Origin: Candidatus Thalassarchaeaceae archaeon
Lineage (GTDB): Archaea > Thermoplasmatota > Poseidoniia > Poseidoniales > Thalassarchaeaceae
DNA length: 35,567 nucleotides
Assembly (NCBI GenBank): GCA_030747675.1
Contig: JASLKH010000095.1
Span: forward strand, 1 to 35,567
Direction: 5' to 3'
A program made the position numbers and the translations under genes. The notes beneath the pieces were generated by a model that was given only the letters and a program-made list of their open reading frames with translations, was not told the DNA's origin and made no database searches. Of the stretch, positions 1-9,986 are shown piece by piece (position 1 is the stretch's first letter; every line of letters starts with the position of its first letter).

Positions 1-2
1 GT

Positions 3-974
3 TTGATGGCTAAAATGTCGGGGAATCTTTCACTTTCTCGTTTGCATTTGTCACGAGCGTTGCATTCAGCAACATTAGTTGACGATGTGGGCGCTGAAAT
101 GAGAGCAATGCATCAACTGGGCCTCCTTGCTTTGGCAACTGATGATTGGTCTAGGGCAGCCTCTTTGTTTGAAACCTCGGATAGACAAGCTCAACTCATT
201 GGCGCACATCGTCTCCCTCACCTTGTTTCTGCGGCGATTTCGCGCCACCTTAATGGTGATCAAGTAGCGGCTTCAACTCACATCAAAGCAGCCTATCCTC
301 TTGTTCAAAATAATAAGGCAGAGTCTACAGATATGTTAACGAGTATTGGTAATGCCTTATTGACAGTGGATTGCCCTGGTTTGGCAATTGAGGTGCTAGA
401 TGAAGCAATGGAATGTGCTATTGAATCGGACCAAACAGGTCGCTTGGAGATGTTGGCAGATCATCTATTACTTGCCAATACTGCGATGAATAATCGCGAG
501 CAAGGTCAGTTTGATGGTTTGCGCCAATTGCTTGATGGACTAAATGATCTCCATGAAGATGCAGTTGAAGAATTTGAAGCGAAAATAGTTGAAATTGATG
601 AGCGCACTGCAGAACTCTCGAAACCATTGGATGAAACTTGGACTGAATGGCAAGATGCCTCACGTCTTATTCCGGATGGCCAACCATTGACAGTATTACG
701 AATCGATGAAGATGATGATGGGAGGGCCTTGATAATCACTCATCATTCTAAACTAGGAGCACTTGGACTATGGCTTCCAGAAGGTGGAATTCAAGCCGCA
801 CCAGGTAATTTGATTCAAATCCAGAGTAGTAAAGTCAAGGTTGCTAGCCCTCCAAATTCACTTCGTGATATGCACAACATCAGGGGTTTGGTTGCAATTG
901 AAAACCCCGACATGCTTACATTTTCTGTACGAACAGAAGAGATAGTCGATGAGGAAGATGAAACTATTGATTGA
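3..974 (+). CDS. Hypothetical protein with TPR-like helical N-terminal part and beta-rich C-terminal domain; probably 5'-truncated by the window edge
   Basis: The frame is open from the window start. Ala/Leu-rich helical repeats (e.g. LTSIGNALLTVDCPGLAIEVLDEAMECA) precede a beta-strand-rich segment and an acidic tail. Confidence 0.6.
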   Translation: MMAKMSGNLSLSRLHLSRALHSATLVDDVGAEMRAMHQLGLLALATDDWSRAASLFETSDRQAQLIGAHRLPHLVSAAISRHLNGDQVAASTHIKAAYPLVQNNKAESTDMLTSIGNALLTVDCPGLAIEVLDEAMECAIESDQTGRLEMLADHLLLANTAMNNREQGQFDGLRQLLDGLNDLHEDAVEEFEAKIVEIDERTAELSKPLDETWTEWQDASRLIPDGQPLTVLRIDEDDDGRALIITHHSKLGALGLWLPEGGIQAAPGNLIQIQSSKVKVASPPNSLRDMHNIRGLVAIENPDMLTFSVRTEEIVDEEDETID

Positions 975-977
975 CAT

Positions 978-1556
978 TCACTCATTTGCTGAATACGATG
1001 AAATAGAATTTAGCACATCCAAATCCTGAACCTCATCGATATTCACATGCAACCATTCATCAGCCACTTCAAATCGCTCTGGCGTACATAGATTGCGAAG
1101 AGGCGTATCAGGCTGAGAGCATCGGATACGCGCAATATCTTCTGGCATGAGAAGTAAAGGATGCCCTCCTCGTCCATCTTTGCTTGGGCAAGAACAAATT
1201 TCCATCGTTAGGAGTTGATTCAAAGTGGAATTACTAAACCCTGGTCTGTCAACAGGAACAACTAGCAGACGAAACGCCCCTTCGCCTCCCTTTGTATCAA
1301 GAATTTGCTTTAATCCACATTGAAGTGAACCAGTTCTTCCCGCTTCTGGGTTTGGATTGATGACGATAGTCCGTTCGGGAAGCGCAGTCATGATGTCAAC
1401 AACAATATCAGAACGTGTTACTATTACTGGTTCCAGATTCTTCGCTTCAAGGCGTTCTACAATATACTCTATGAGTGTCTTTTGACCAATTTTGACAAGC
1501 GCCTTGGGTTGCCCTAGTCGAGAACTGGCCCCTGCGGCCAGAACAATACATCTCAC
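978..1556 (-). CDS. Nucleotidyltransferase, MobA/MocA-like (probable molybdenum cofactor cytidylyl/guanylyltransferase)
   Basis: N-terminal IVLAAGASSRLGQPKALV motif; PVDRP metal-binding motif; GGHP motif. Confidence 0.8.
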   Translation of the reverse strand: MRCIVLAAGASSRLGQPKALVKIGQKTLIEYIVERLEAKNLEPVIVTRSDIVVDIMTALPERTIVINPNPEAGRTGSLQCGLKQILDTKGGEGAFRLLVVPVDRPGFSNSTLNQLLTMEICSCPSKDGRGGHPLLLMPEDIARIRCSQPDTPLRNLCTPERFEVADEWLHVNIDEVQDLDVLNSISSYSANE

Positions 1557-1565
1557 AAGTTCACC

Positions 1566-2714
1566 TCAAAGGTCCCGAGTCATTTCACGTCCGATGATCA
1601 TTCGTTGAACTTGAGATGACCCTTCGTAAATTTGCATAACTTTCGCAGCACGCATTAATCGTGCTACTGGATACTCTTCTGAATATCCGTAGCCACCGAA
1701 AATTTGTACCGCATCAGTGGTAACTTCCATTGCTGCATCAGCAGCAAATCGCTTTGCATGGGCAGCACTTTCGGTGTTGCGAATACCTTGATCGGACTCC
1801 CATGCAGTTTTCCAAGTCAATGCTCGACTCGCTTCAATTTTCGTTTTCATATCGGCGAGCATAAATTGGATTGCTTGATGCTGGTGCAATTTTTTACCAA
1901 ATGTTTCCCGCTCGTTTGAATATTGTAGTGCATGTTCGAATGCAGCCCGACTAATCCCTGTCGCATGAGCGGCAATATTGGGTCTCGACAAATCAAATGC
2001 TTTCATTGCATTGAACCAACCGTTGCCTTCAACACCCCCAACTAAATTTGCTGCTGGGACCCTTACATTTTCGAAATTAATTGCACGGGTATCAGATGCT
2101 CTTTGGCCCATGTTTCTTTCTTTCTTTCCTAATGACATACCATCTAGCCCAGATTCAACAATGAATGCACTCATCCCCTTGTATCCTGCATCTTTGTTGG
2201 TGTAGGCCAGAACAAAGAACCAATCGGCCTTACCTGCGCCAGTAATCCACATTTTAGAACCATTGATGATGTAATCATCACCGTCTTTTACTGCAGTAGT
2301 TGTAATGCTAGCAACATCAGAACCAGCACCTGGCTCAGTCACTGCATATGCTGCAATTCTAGGTGCTTCAATAAGTCGTCCGAGGTACTTTTCTTTCTGT
2401 TCTTCAGTACCACCAGTAATGATTGGAGCAGCCGTCAATCCGTTACTATAGGCTGCAGTAGCGAATCCTGGGTCGCCCCATGCGAATTCCTCCTGTACCA
2501 AGACTTCTACCATTGTCCCCATGCCCATTCCACCGTATTCTTCAGGGACATGTAAATTCATCAATCCCAAATCATGAGCGGCTTCAATTGCCTCCATTGG
2601 GAATTCACTTGTCGCATCCCAATGTTCAGCCATAGGACGGATATTTTCTTGTGCAAATTCATGAGCCAGTTCTCGTAGCATCTCTTGCTCTTCGGAGAGT
2701 TTGAAGTCCACCAT
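1566..2714 (-). CDS. Acyl-CoA dehydrogenase
   Basis: YAVTEPGAGSD, INGSKMWIT, ERETFGKKL, AVQIFGGYGY and C-terminal IYEGSSQVQR with the catalytic Glu. Confidence 0.97.
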   Translation of the reverse strand: MVDFKLSEEQEMLRELAHEFAQENIRPMAEHWDATSEFPMEAIEAAHDLGLMNLHVPEEYGGMGMGTMVEVLVQEEFAWGDPGFATAAYSNGLTAAPIITGGTEEQKEKYLGRLIEAPRIAAYAVTEPGAGSDVASITTTAVKDGDDYIINGSKMWITGAGKADWFFVLAYTNKDAGYKGMSAFIVESGLDGMSLGKKERNMGQRASDTRAINFENVRVPAANLVGGVEGNGWFNAMKAFDLSRPNIAAHATGISRAAFEHALQYSNERETFGKKLHQHQAIQFMLADMKTKIEASRALTWKTAWESDQGIRNTESAAHAKRFAADAAMEVTTDAVQIFGGYGYSEEYPVARLMRAAKVMQIYEGSSQVQRMIIGREMTRDL

Positions 2715-2745
2715 GTCACGTCCACCTGTTTTCTGGTCTTAGCAT

Positions 2746-5361
2746 TCACCCACACAGATTTCGCAGATGTTGTACAACAAGATTTGCTGTGGGAATTGTA
2801 TGATCCTCTAGTGGTGGTGCAAATGGAACAGGTGTATCTAGAGCCCCAATCACGGCTGGTGGGGCTTCCAACGTCCAGAATGCTTCTTCTTGTATGCGGC
2901 TGCTAACTGTGTGACCCAATGCCCCAGTATACTGTGCCTCTTGCAAAACCATCAATCGACCTGTGCGTTTGACACTATCAACACAGGTTTTTGCATCAAA
3001 TGGAGCGAGAGTACGTAAATCAACAATTTCAATTTCCTTTCCTTCTGCGGCCAATGTTTCTGCTGCTTTGAGAGCAACGTGTACCATTGCTCCCCATGTG
3101 ACTAGTGTTGCATCAGAACCACCACGGACAATATTTGCCTTTCCAATTTTGTAAGTCCCACCGGATTTGATTACTTGTTGAACCGAATCTGTATCGACTT
3201 GCATGTGAATTCTGTCTCCCCAACCAGTAATTCCTCCCCGGAGACCATACATCCCAAGGTGTTCTAAGTATACCACGGGATCTTGTAAAGAGGAGGCCTC
3301 AACGAGTAAGTCAAAGGCATCCTGAGGATTGCTTGGGAAACAGATTACAAGACCTGGATCATTGAGGAACCAAGATTCAATCATATTCGCATGAAATGGC
3401 CCACTACGTGTTTTTGCTCCCAGTGGTATTCTGACAACTAACGGAACATCTGCACCCCATCGCCAGCGCAGTTGAGCCGCGTTATTGATTAGAGGATTCA
3501 TTGCAAGAGCTGCGAAACCACCGAATTGAATTTCTGCGATGGGTCGCATTCCACCCAAAGCTGCACCAGTGGCTGCGTGAATGATGGCGGCTTCAGAAAG
3601 TGGCATATCGAGTAAAAGATCACCATGTCCAGCATTCTTGAGAGGTATTGTCATCCCAAATGCTCCAGCAACTTCCATATCTTCTCCCATGAATATTGTT
3701 GATGACCCATAACGTTCGGCGATATTGACCAACCCATTCTGAATCGCACGGCTGTAGGACCATGCATTTGCATCATCCGAGAATTGCAGAGTTATTTCCC
3801 CAGGTGGAACCGGTGCATCACTTGGTGTTGAATCTTGGGTTTTCATTCGTTGAAGTTGCATTTCATGAGTATCAGCATCATGGAAACTAGTGATTCCTTT
3901 GGTGACTGTATGCGGTTCTGGCCAATCCATGGCCTCCATTTCAGCACGCCCAGCATCGACGTATGCTTGTTCTTCTTCCTCCATTCTTCCAAGTACTTGT
4001 TCTTCTACCCCCAATTTCAGAAGTAAAGAACGATGGTTTGGCACTGGATCCTTTTCTTCCCAATAAGCGAGCATCCCTTTGTTTGCATAACCAGGGGGGT
4101 TCCCACTAGGTGAACCAAGGTACAAATCATCATGATGATGTGCATGTCCACATCCACGCATAGTTTCAACATGGATTAGCACTGGTCCTCCACCTTCCAT
4201 TGCGAATTCTCTTGCAGACGCGATTGAAGCATGAAAGAGAGTTGGGTTTGAACCATCAATTGTCCAAGAGGGGATACCCATTGCTGCACCTTTGTCCCCC
4301 CATGTTTCAGATGCAGATTGCCCTACTGTGAAGGTATCAAGAGCAATTTGGTTATTTTGAATCATGAAGGCTATTGGTAGTCCACGAGCTCCGGCGAAAT
4401 TCATGGCTTCCCAAAACTCTCCTGACGAACTGCATCCTTCTCCCACAGGTGCAAATTGGAATCTTTTCATTTCCAACCGCTTACTGGCCAAAGCAAAACC
4501 TGTGGCAGTAGCACTGGCAATTGGTAATGGCGCAGTAGGAGGTAATACGCCGAGTTCCATATTGCCAATATGCAAATCTCGTCCTCCTGACCCGGGATTT
4601 CCACCATCCATGTATGAATCAGCCTTCCCCATCTGGGCAGCAAATAATTCAGTTGGTGTTTGGCCCATTGCTAAAGCGAGACCAATGTCTCGAATCATTG
4701 GAGCAACAATATCGCCAGTATGCATTTCTCCACTTGGCTTATCTTTTGCAAGTTGCAAAGCGGTTGCGCAAGCAACAATACCTTCCTGCCATGTTGAACG
4801 AAACCCCTTCCCTCCAAATTTTCCACCATCAGGAGTTTCGATACCATTTGTGAAAAGATCCTTCAGATGACTATCAAGAGCACGTGTACGAGTCATCCAC
4901 CTCTGCCAATCCATTCGTTGATCAATGGTGACTGCAGCTGCGTGAGCAATTCTACGGAGACAAAGGCGCACATCAATTAGCAAGCGTTTGGCCCGCCGAG
5001 ATAGGTGAAGTGCCCCAGTTCTTCTCGGGATTATCTCTTTTTCATCTATTTTCAATTCTGTTGAGCGCTTTGAAAGATTTTCTTCCAACAGGCTAGCAAA
5101 TGATTCACTGAAAAGGTGGAAACTAGGCCCATCCCATTCGGAGCCCTCAGATTCAGTTGTAATTTCATCAAAGAGCCACCCAATGAGACGAAGATGGCCA
5201 TCATGGCGCTCGGCTATGAATCGAATTAATTCTGATTTCACCATGTCTCTTTGAATGGGTTTGGAAAAATCAAGGTGAACCCTTGGTTTCCAATTCTCGC
5301 CCCAAAGATTTGGGAGATCAGTCTGGCCCAACCTAAGTCCTCCGGACTGTTGGTTTAGCAT
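2746..5361 (-). CDS. Fused 2-oxoacid dehydrogenase E1 alpha+beta (TPP-dependent; likely branched-chain) with an extra N-terminal domain
   Basis: TPP motif GEG-x(n)-QNN; beta part with MGED, DMPLSEAAI, EIQFGGF, GPFHA and IVDLRTLAPFD. It lies directly upstream of the acyl-CoA dehydrogenase. Confidence 0.92.
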   Translation of the reverse strand: MLNQQSGGLRLGQTDLPNLWGENWKPRVHLDFSKPIQRDMVKSELIRFIAERHDGHLRLIGWLFDEITTESEGSEWDGPSFHLFSESFASLLEENLSKRSTELKIDEKEIIPRRTGALHLSRRAKRLLIDVRLCLRRIAHAAAVTIDQRMDWQRWMTRTRALDSHLKDLFTNGIETPDGGKFGGKGFRSTWQEGIVACATALQLAKDKPSGEMHTGDIVAPMIRDIGLALAMGQTPTELFAAQMGKADSYMDGGNPGSGGRDLHIGNMELGVLPPTAPLPIASATATGFALASKRLEMKRFQFAPVGEGCSSSGEFWEAMNFAGARGLPIAFMIQNNQIALDTFTVGQSASETWGDKGAAMGIPSWTIDGSNPTLFHASIASAREFAMEGGGPVLIHVETMRGCGHAHHHDDLYLGSPSGNPPGYANKGMLAYWEEKDPVPNHRSLLLKLGVEEQVLGRMEEEEQAYVDAGRAEMEAMDWPEPHTVTKGITSFHDADTHEMQLQRMKTQDSTPSDAPVPPGEITLQFSDDANAWSYSRAIQNGLVNIAERYGSSTIFMGEDMEVAGAFGMTIPLKNAGHGDLLLDMPLSEAAIIHAATGAALGGMRPIAEIQFGGFAALAMNPLINNAAQLRWRWGADVPLVVRIPLGAKTRSGPFHANMIESWFLNDPGLVICFPSNPQDAFDLLVEASSLQDPVVYLEHLGMYGLRGGITGWGDRIHMQVDTDSVQQVIKSGGTYKIGKANIVRGGSDATLVTWGAMVHVALKAAETLAAEGKEIEIVDLRTLAPFDAKTCVDSVKRTGRLMVLQEAQYTGALGHTVSSRIQEEAFWTLEAPPAVIGALDTPVPFAPPLEDHTIPTANLVVQHLRNLCG

Positions 5362-5387
5362 ACGGCCTAAAACGATGCGGCAAGTTT

Positions 5388-5406
5388 CGGCGCCCTACGG
5401 GCGCCG
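5388..5406. repeat. Perfect 8-bp inverted repeat CGGCGCCC-TAC-GGGCGCCG
   Basis: Read directly; it abuts the stop codon of 5407..6186. Terminator or processing role is unproven. Confidence 0.7.
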
Positions 5407-6186
5407 TCACTCTTCTTCTTCAATCACTTCGGAAAGTGCCTTCATAGTGACTTTGGTGACAACAATTGTTGCGACAATTGTTGCCACTAACCCGATGATT
5501 AAAGTCATCATCCCAGTAGTAGATGCAGTAAAATTGTCAAATCCTCCCTCGCGAAGGGCAATTTCCCCTATTGCATATCCATAGTAGGCGTAGGCTAAGC
5601 AGAACACCATGCTCGAACAGTTGGAAATGACGAAAGTTCTGAGAGTAACTGGTCCTGCTCCCAGAATATAATTTAACCATTCATCTGGAAGAATAGGTGA
5701 TAACCTAACCAAAATTGAGATTCGCATACTCTCTTCACCAATTGCATATTCGATATTCCTCATTTTAGGATCACTAGCAACTGCTGCTGAAATAGCATCT
5801 CTGAACAACCATCTTCCAAAGAGAAATGCAAAAATCCCACCGATCATGGAACCTGCAAAGTTGATGATGACAGCCCAGTGAAAAGGAAAAATTGCCCCTG
5901 CGAAAATTTTGATGAATGGTGTAGGCATTAAGAGAACAACGGCTAACGAAAGTCCGAGGATAAATGCGATAATTCCCCACGAACCTGCACGATCAACTAA
6001 CTCCATCACAGCATTGTGATTCTTAAACAATAAAACGGCACATGCCAAGCATATTGCAATGAAAATTAGACCTAGTCCTACTCGCCAAACATAGAGGTTT
6101 GGTTGATTTTTCTTCATACGTTGGAGGTGTTCCCTCCTTTCGATCAAACCCAAATCTTTAGCAGGTGTTATTCGAGGCAATTTCAT
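5407..6186 (-). CDS. TVP38/TMEM64 (VTT/DedA family) membrane protein
   Basis: Multiple TM segments with LMPTPFIKIFAGAIF and ILVRLSPILP motifs. The start overlaps the upstream stop (ATGA) and follows a GAGGAGG SD. Confidence 0.9.
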   Translation of the reverse strand: MKLPRITPAKDLGLIERREHLQRMKKNQPNLYVWRVGLGLIFIAICLACAVLLFKNHNAVMELVDRAGSWGIIAFILGLSLAVVLLMPTPFIKIFAGAIFPFHWAVIINFAGSMIGGIFAFLFGRWLFRDAISAAVASDPKMRNIEYAIGEESMRISILVRLSPILPDEWLNYILGAGPVTLRTFVISNCSSMVFCLAYAYYGYAIGEIALREGGFDNFTASTTGMMTLIIGLVATIVATIVVTKVTMKALSEVIEEEE

Positions 6187-7184
6187 TCCTCCTCATCGGG
6201 AACATCTGGGAGGGCTTCTAAGCAATCAACAACCATTTGTTGAGCATCTTCCAGTTGTGTAGAATACATTGCGAGATGTTCTCTAACGGGAATTCCCATG
6301 TCCCAAAACAAATCCCGAATTATTTCGAGAGAAAGTTTGGTCATTTTCAAAGTATTTGGGTCTAAAGGAACCATGCCATTGAATTCAGTTAGAATTGCTA
6401 CTTTTTCAGGAGGGTCTAGTAATCGTTCAAGTTGTTCATCGAGCTCACCTTGTATTTTGTCAGCGCGGCTATCCATTGCATCAATCAGGCGACTTCTTCT
6501 CTCCGCCTTTTTTTCTGCAACAATTTTTTCTCTTTCATCATCATCAATATCATCATCGACTTCTACTTCAATTTCGGCTCCAAGAATCAATTCGTCAAAT
6601 GCAAGTCGGAGTAGTCGTTCAAGAACCGCTGCTTCAACATCAGGGGGTGCATCCATTCTAGAAAGTACATTTTCGACAAATTCGGTATCTATCGAATCAT
6701 CTCCAAGCAATTCTTTCAAAATGGGTAGTGACCACGAGGGGTCACCTGGGGTAACACTCACTTCGAAAAATCCGGAACCAGTTCCTGTGCGGATTACAGC
6801 AGGCGGCTCGACAAAAAGTTTCTTTGCATGCTTATCCAATTGAGTAAGTAATTTTGTCATATCAACTGGTTTGGATAACACTTCACTTACACCTGCTTTC
6901 GCTGCTGAAACGAGATACTCTTCACCTGTATTTTGAGATAGAATTACGATTCGACATTTTAGAGCAAATTCAGGGTCAGATGAAAGACGACTTGCAGCAT
7001 CAATTGCATCGCCCGTTTTCCATTCAGCATCGATTAGAACCACGTCAGGCATTGTTGCAAGAGCAGTTGCTTCGCATTGACGCAGCGTCCCCGCCCTTGT
7101 GACTGAATATTCCTCACGCTCAAGAGTACCAGCAAGGAGGTTACGGCGCCCCTCCTTTTCGTCTGCAACAATAATTGATGCCAT
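6183..7184 (-). CDS. Response-regulator receiver (REC) domain protein with an acidic C-terminal domain of unknown function
   Basis: IIVADE acidic pocket, VVLID phospho-acceptor Asp, ILS and SKPVD. Start taken at ATG 7184 (MASII) rather than 7256. Confidence 0.85.
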   Translation of the reverse strand: MASIIVADEKEGRRNLLAGTLEREEYSVTRAGTLRQCEATALATMPDVVLIDAEWKTGDAIDAASRLSSDPEFALKCRIVILSQNTGEEYLVSAAKAGVSEVLSKPVDMTKLLTQLDKHAKKLFVEPPAVIRTGTGSGFFEVSVTPGDPSWSLPILKELLGDDSIDTEFVENVLSRMDAPPDVEAAVLERLLRLAFDELILGAEIEVEVDDDIDDDEREKIVAEKKAERRSRLIDAMDSRADKIQGELDEQLERLLDPPEKVAILTEFNGMVPLDPNTLKMTKLSLEIIRDLFWDMGIPVREHLAMYSTQLEDAQQMVVDCLEALPDVPDEEE

Positions 7185-7187
7185 GGG

Positions 7188-7204
7188 AACGGCCTTCGGC
7201 CGTT
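7188..7204. repeat. Perfect 7-bp inverted repeat AACGGCC-TTC-GGCCGTT
   Basis: Read directly; 3 nt upstream of the REC gene start codon. Confidence 0.7.
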
Positions 7205-7256
7205 TCCGACGTCCTTTGAATGTGGCCCTTACTTTGCAACTCAAAATGCGATTCAT

Positions 7257-8381
7257 TCAGTACTTTGGAATGGCCGAATCAACTTCTTCATGCCATGCAT
7301 GTACCCCTCCTTCAAGGTTGAACATTCTATTGGCTTCAAATCCAAATTGGGTTAGTGCATAGGCCGCCATTGCAGAGCGGAGCCCTGATCTACAATAGAA
7401 TAGAATATCTCTATCTTTGGGTAAATCTGCTGCTCTCATCAATATTTCATCATGCGGTATGAGGGCATCTGTATCTGGCAATGATACAATAGACGCTTCA
7501 ATTTCATTGCGAACATCAAGAAATAACGGGTCCCAACCCTTAGCCTTGCGTGAAACATAATCAGTCGGCGAAATCCCAGAGAAGGGGGCATCCATTTTTT
7601 TGATTCCACAGAATCCTTCATAGTCAATTAATTCTGTAACTTCATCTCTATTTTCATTGGCTTCAAATGTCAATATTCTCGAAGTCATTTCCAAGGCGTC
7701 ATAGACTAGAAGCCGTCCTCTGAGTGGTTTTCCAATTCCGATTAAAATTTTAGCAACCTCTGTTGCTTGTATAGAACCAATGACCCCAGGTAAAACACCG
7801 AGTACGCCCCCATCTTCACACGAAGGCACTGCCTCTGGAGGAGGCGGTACTGGAAACAAATCACGATATGTTGGTCCCCCGTTTAGGTTGAACACACTCA
7901 CTTGCCCTTCAAAGCGGTAAATACTTCCATAGACCCATGGGATTCCTAGTATTTCACAAGCATCGTTAACAAGATATCTTGTCGGAATGTTATCGGTTCC
8001 ATCTAGGACTATATCGTGTCCTTTGATGTAATCTAGTGCATTTTCTGAAGTCAAACGTTCATGATGTACAGTAACGTCGATTGAAGGGTTTAGATTTAGC
8101 ATTCTTTCCTTAGCTGAACTCGCCTTTGATGTGCCGATATTATCGTCTCGATGTAGAATTTGTCGTTGTAAATTTGATCGTTCAATTACATCATCGTCAA
8201 TGATTGTGATATGGCCAACACCTGCTGCAGCGAGATAGAACAATGCGGGAGAACCTAGCCCTCCGGCTCCAACACAAAAAACACGAGCAGCCTTGAGTTT
8301 AGTTTGCCCTTCTGGCCCTACTTGGGGCAGAACGAGGTGGCGCGCATAACGCGCTCTATCTGCATCGGTAAGGTCTGACAT
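7257..8381 (-). CDS. moeB: MoeB/ThiF adenylyltransferase fused to rhodanese (MoeZ/UbaA-like)
   Basis: RYARHL, VGAGGLGS, DDDVIERSNLQRQ, PSCEDGGVLG (active Cys) and rhodanese loop YCRSGLRS. Likely start ATG 8381. Confidence 0.93.
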   Translation of the reverse strand: MSDLTDADRARYARHLVLPQVGPEGQTKLKAARVFCVGAGGLGSPALFYLAAAGVGHITIIDDDVIERSNLQRQILHRDDNIGTSKASSAKERMLNLNPSIDVTVHHERLTSENALDYIKGHDIVLDGTDNIPTRYLVNDACEILGIPWVYGSIYRFEGQVSVFNLNGGPTYRDLFPVPPPPEAVPSCEDGGVLGVLPGVIGSIQATEVAKILIGIGKPLRGRLLVYDALEMTSRILTFEANENRDEVTELIDYEGFCGIKKMDAPFSGISPTDYVSRKAKGWDPLFLDVRNEIEASIVSLPDTDALIPHDEILMRAADLPKDRDILFYCRSGLRSAMAAYALTQFGFEANRMFNLEGGVHAWHEEVDSAIPKY

Positions 8382-8426
8382 GACACGCTGTGTGACTTCA
8401 CGCACTTGAGCGCTGCGCCACCAAAT

Positions 8427-9359
8427 TCAGTGGACGTTTTCTTCTAACCACCGTTCAGCATCGATTGCTGCTGCACATCCTTGACCTGCAGCAGTAATGG
8501 CTTGTTTGTATCGTGTATCAACGACATCACCAGCAGCAAATACACCAGGGACATTGGTCATAGTATGCTCTGTGTGGATTAAATAACCCTCATCATCAGT
8601 ATCAACTTGTCCACCAAGGAAACCAGTAATGGGGGTATGTCCAATCGCAATGAATGCACCCGTACAGGATATTCCGTGCTCGCTTCCGTCTCTAGGGTCT
8701 TCAAGAATTGCGCCTGTTAATCCATTATCATCAGACAACCATTTCTTGACTTGCCTGAATGTCTGGATTTCGATTTTGGGATGGTTCGCAGCCCGCTCGT
8801 ACATTACTTTCGAAGCACGGAACACATCTCGTCGATGGATGAGAGTCACCTTGGAAGCAAATCTAGTTAGGAACGTTGCTTCTTCCATAGCAGAATCTCC
8901 ACCACCTACAACTATGATTTCTTCATCTCGGAAGAAGGCACCATCACAAGTTGCACAGGTCGAAATTCCTCGGCCCTTTTGTGCATCTTCCCCTTCTACA
9001 CCGAGCCAGATGGCTTCTGCGCCAGTACAAATAATCACAGAATGAGCAAAGAATTCTTCCCCTTCAGTTTCAATTTTGTATGGTTGTTGACTGAAATCAA
9101 CACTGCCAACATTTCGATCTTGTACCTCTAGGCCAAACCTTTCGGCTTGTGTTCGTAGGTCCATCATCATCTCAGGTCCACCTATTCCTTTTGGATATCC
9201 AGGGAAGTTCTCAATATCGCTAGTAAGCATTAACTGTCCACCCGACATGTAGCCTCCAAACATTAGAGGGTTCAGCATTGCACGGGCAGTGTAAAGGCCA
9301 GCGGTATATCCAGCAGGGCCTGAACCAATGATAATCACGTTGCGCACATCTTGGCTCAT
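8427..9359 (-). CDS. trxB: Thioredoxin-disulfide reductase
   Basis: IIGSGPAGYTAG, CATCDG redox motif, VGGGDSAMEEA and FAAGD. Likely start ATG 9359 (MSQDV). Confidence 0.97.
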   Translation of the reverse strand: MSQDVRNVIIIGSGPAGYTAGLYTARAMLNPLMFGGYMSGGQLMLTSDIENFPGYPKGIGGPEMMMDLRTQAERFGLEVQDRNVGSVDFSQQPYKIETEGEEFFAHSVIICTGAEAIWLGVEGEDAQKGRGISTCATCDGAFFRDEEIIVVGGGDSAMEEATFLTRFASKVTLIHRRDVFRASKVMYERAANHPKIEIQTFRQVKKWLSDDNGLTGAILEDPRDGSEHGISCTGAFIAIGHTPITGFLGGQVDTDDEGYLIHTEHTMTNVPGVFAAGDVVDTRYKQAITAAGQGCAAAIDAERWLEENVH

Positions 9360-9425
9360 AGGATGTTGGCAAGAACGACATCTCTTCAACCTTCACTGAG
9401 CGCCCCCAGAACGGAGCGGAAGTAA

Positions 9426-9971
9426 ATGGATGTCATTTCACACTGGTTCATGGGTTCAGGAGTAACCCAGGGGCGAGCAAAATTTTGGGTAGCAGGTTCA
9501 ATGGGTGTGTTGCCAGATTTACTGGTTTTCGTTCCAAACACAATCATTTTGTTATTGAGTGGAAGTTCACGACCGGATGTTGATGATTCAACTGTTACAG
9601 GGGACTTTGGATGGTATGCATGGGAAGCTTACCAAATCACTCATAGTTTGTTTTGGATTACCATCGGTTTTCTTTTCACTTGGTGGTATTTTGAGAAAAA
9701 AGGAGTCAATCAATACTTTTTCACTAATTCCAGTCTATCAGCACGAGATGCTTCTTTTTGGTTATGGCTTCCATGGTTGTTGCATATACTGAACGATATC
9801 CCAACTCATACTAAGCAATTTTTCCCGACACCTTTTGTCGCCCCAATTAGTGATATCACCTTCGATGGAGTTCGGTGGTCAACTCCTTGGGTTTGGTTCA
9901 CAAACCTGGCCATTATTTTGGTAATATGGGGAGTAGTATTTTATCAAAAGAAAAATGTCCATAATTCATAG
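9426..9971 (+). CDS. Membrane-bound metal-dependent hydrolase (YdjM/LexA-binding family-like)
   Basis: MDVISH, GVLPDL, THS and LHILNDIPTH motifs in a hydrophobic protein. Confidence 0.75.
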   Translation: MDVISHWFMGSGVTQGRAKFWVAGSMGVLPDLLVFVPNTIILLLSGSSRPDVDDSTVTGDFGWYAWEAYQITHSLFWITIGFLFTWWYFEKKGVNQYFFTNSSLSARDASFWLWLPWLLHILNDIPTHTKQFFPTPFVAPISDITFDGVRWSTPWVWFTNLAIILVIWGVVFYQKKNVHNS

Positions 9972-9986
9972 AGCAGGGGTAGTAAT

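Noticed and set aside
6298-6843. Long antisense ORFs (also 4364..4870 and 28829..29335)
   Set aside because: They lie in-register opposite well-supported genes; the Ser-rich low complexity reflects the acidic sense protein.
7257-8381. Loss of zinc CxxC motifs in MoeB as a novelty
   Set aside because: Zinc-less MoeB-rhodanese (MoeZ-type) proteins with an intact active Cys are already known.
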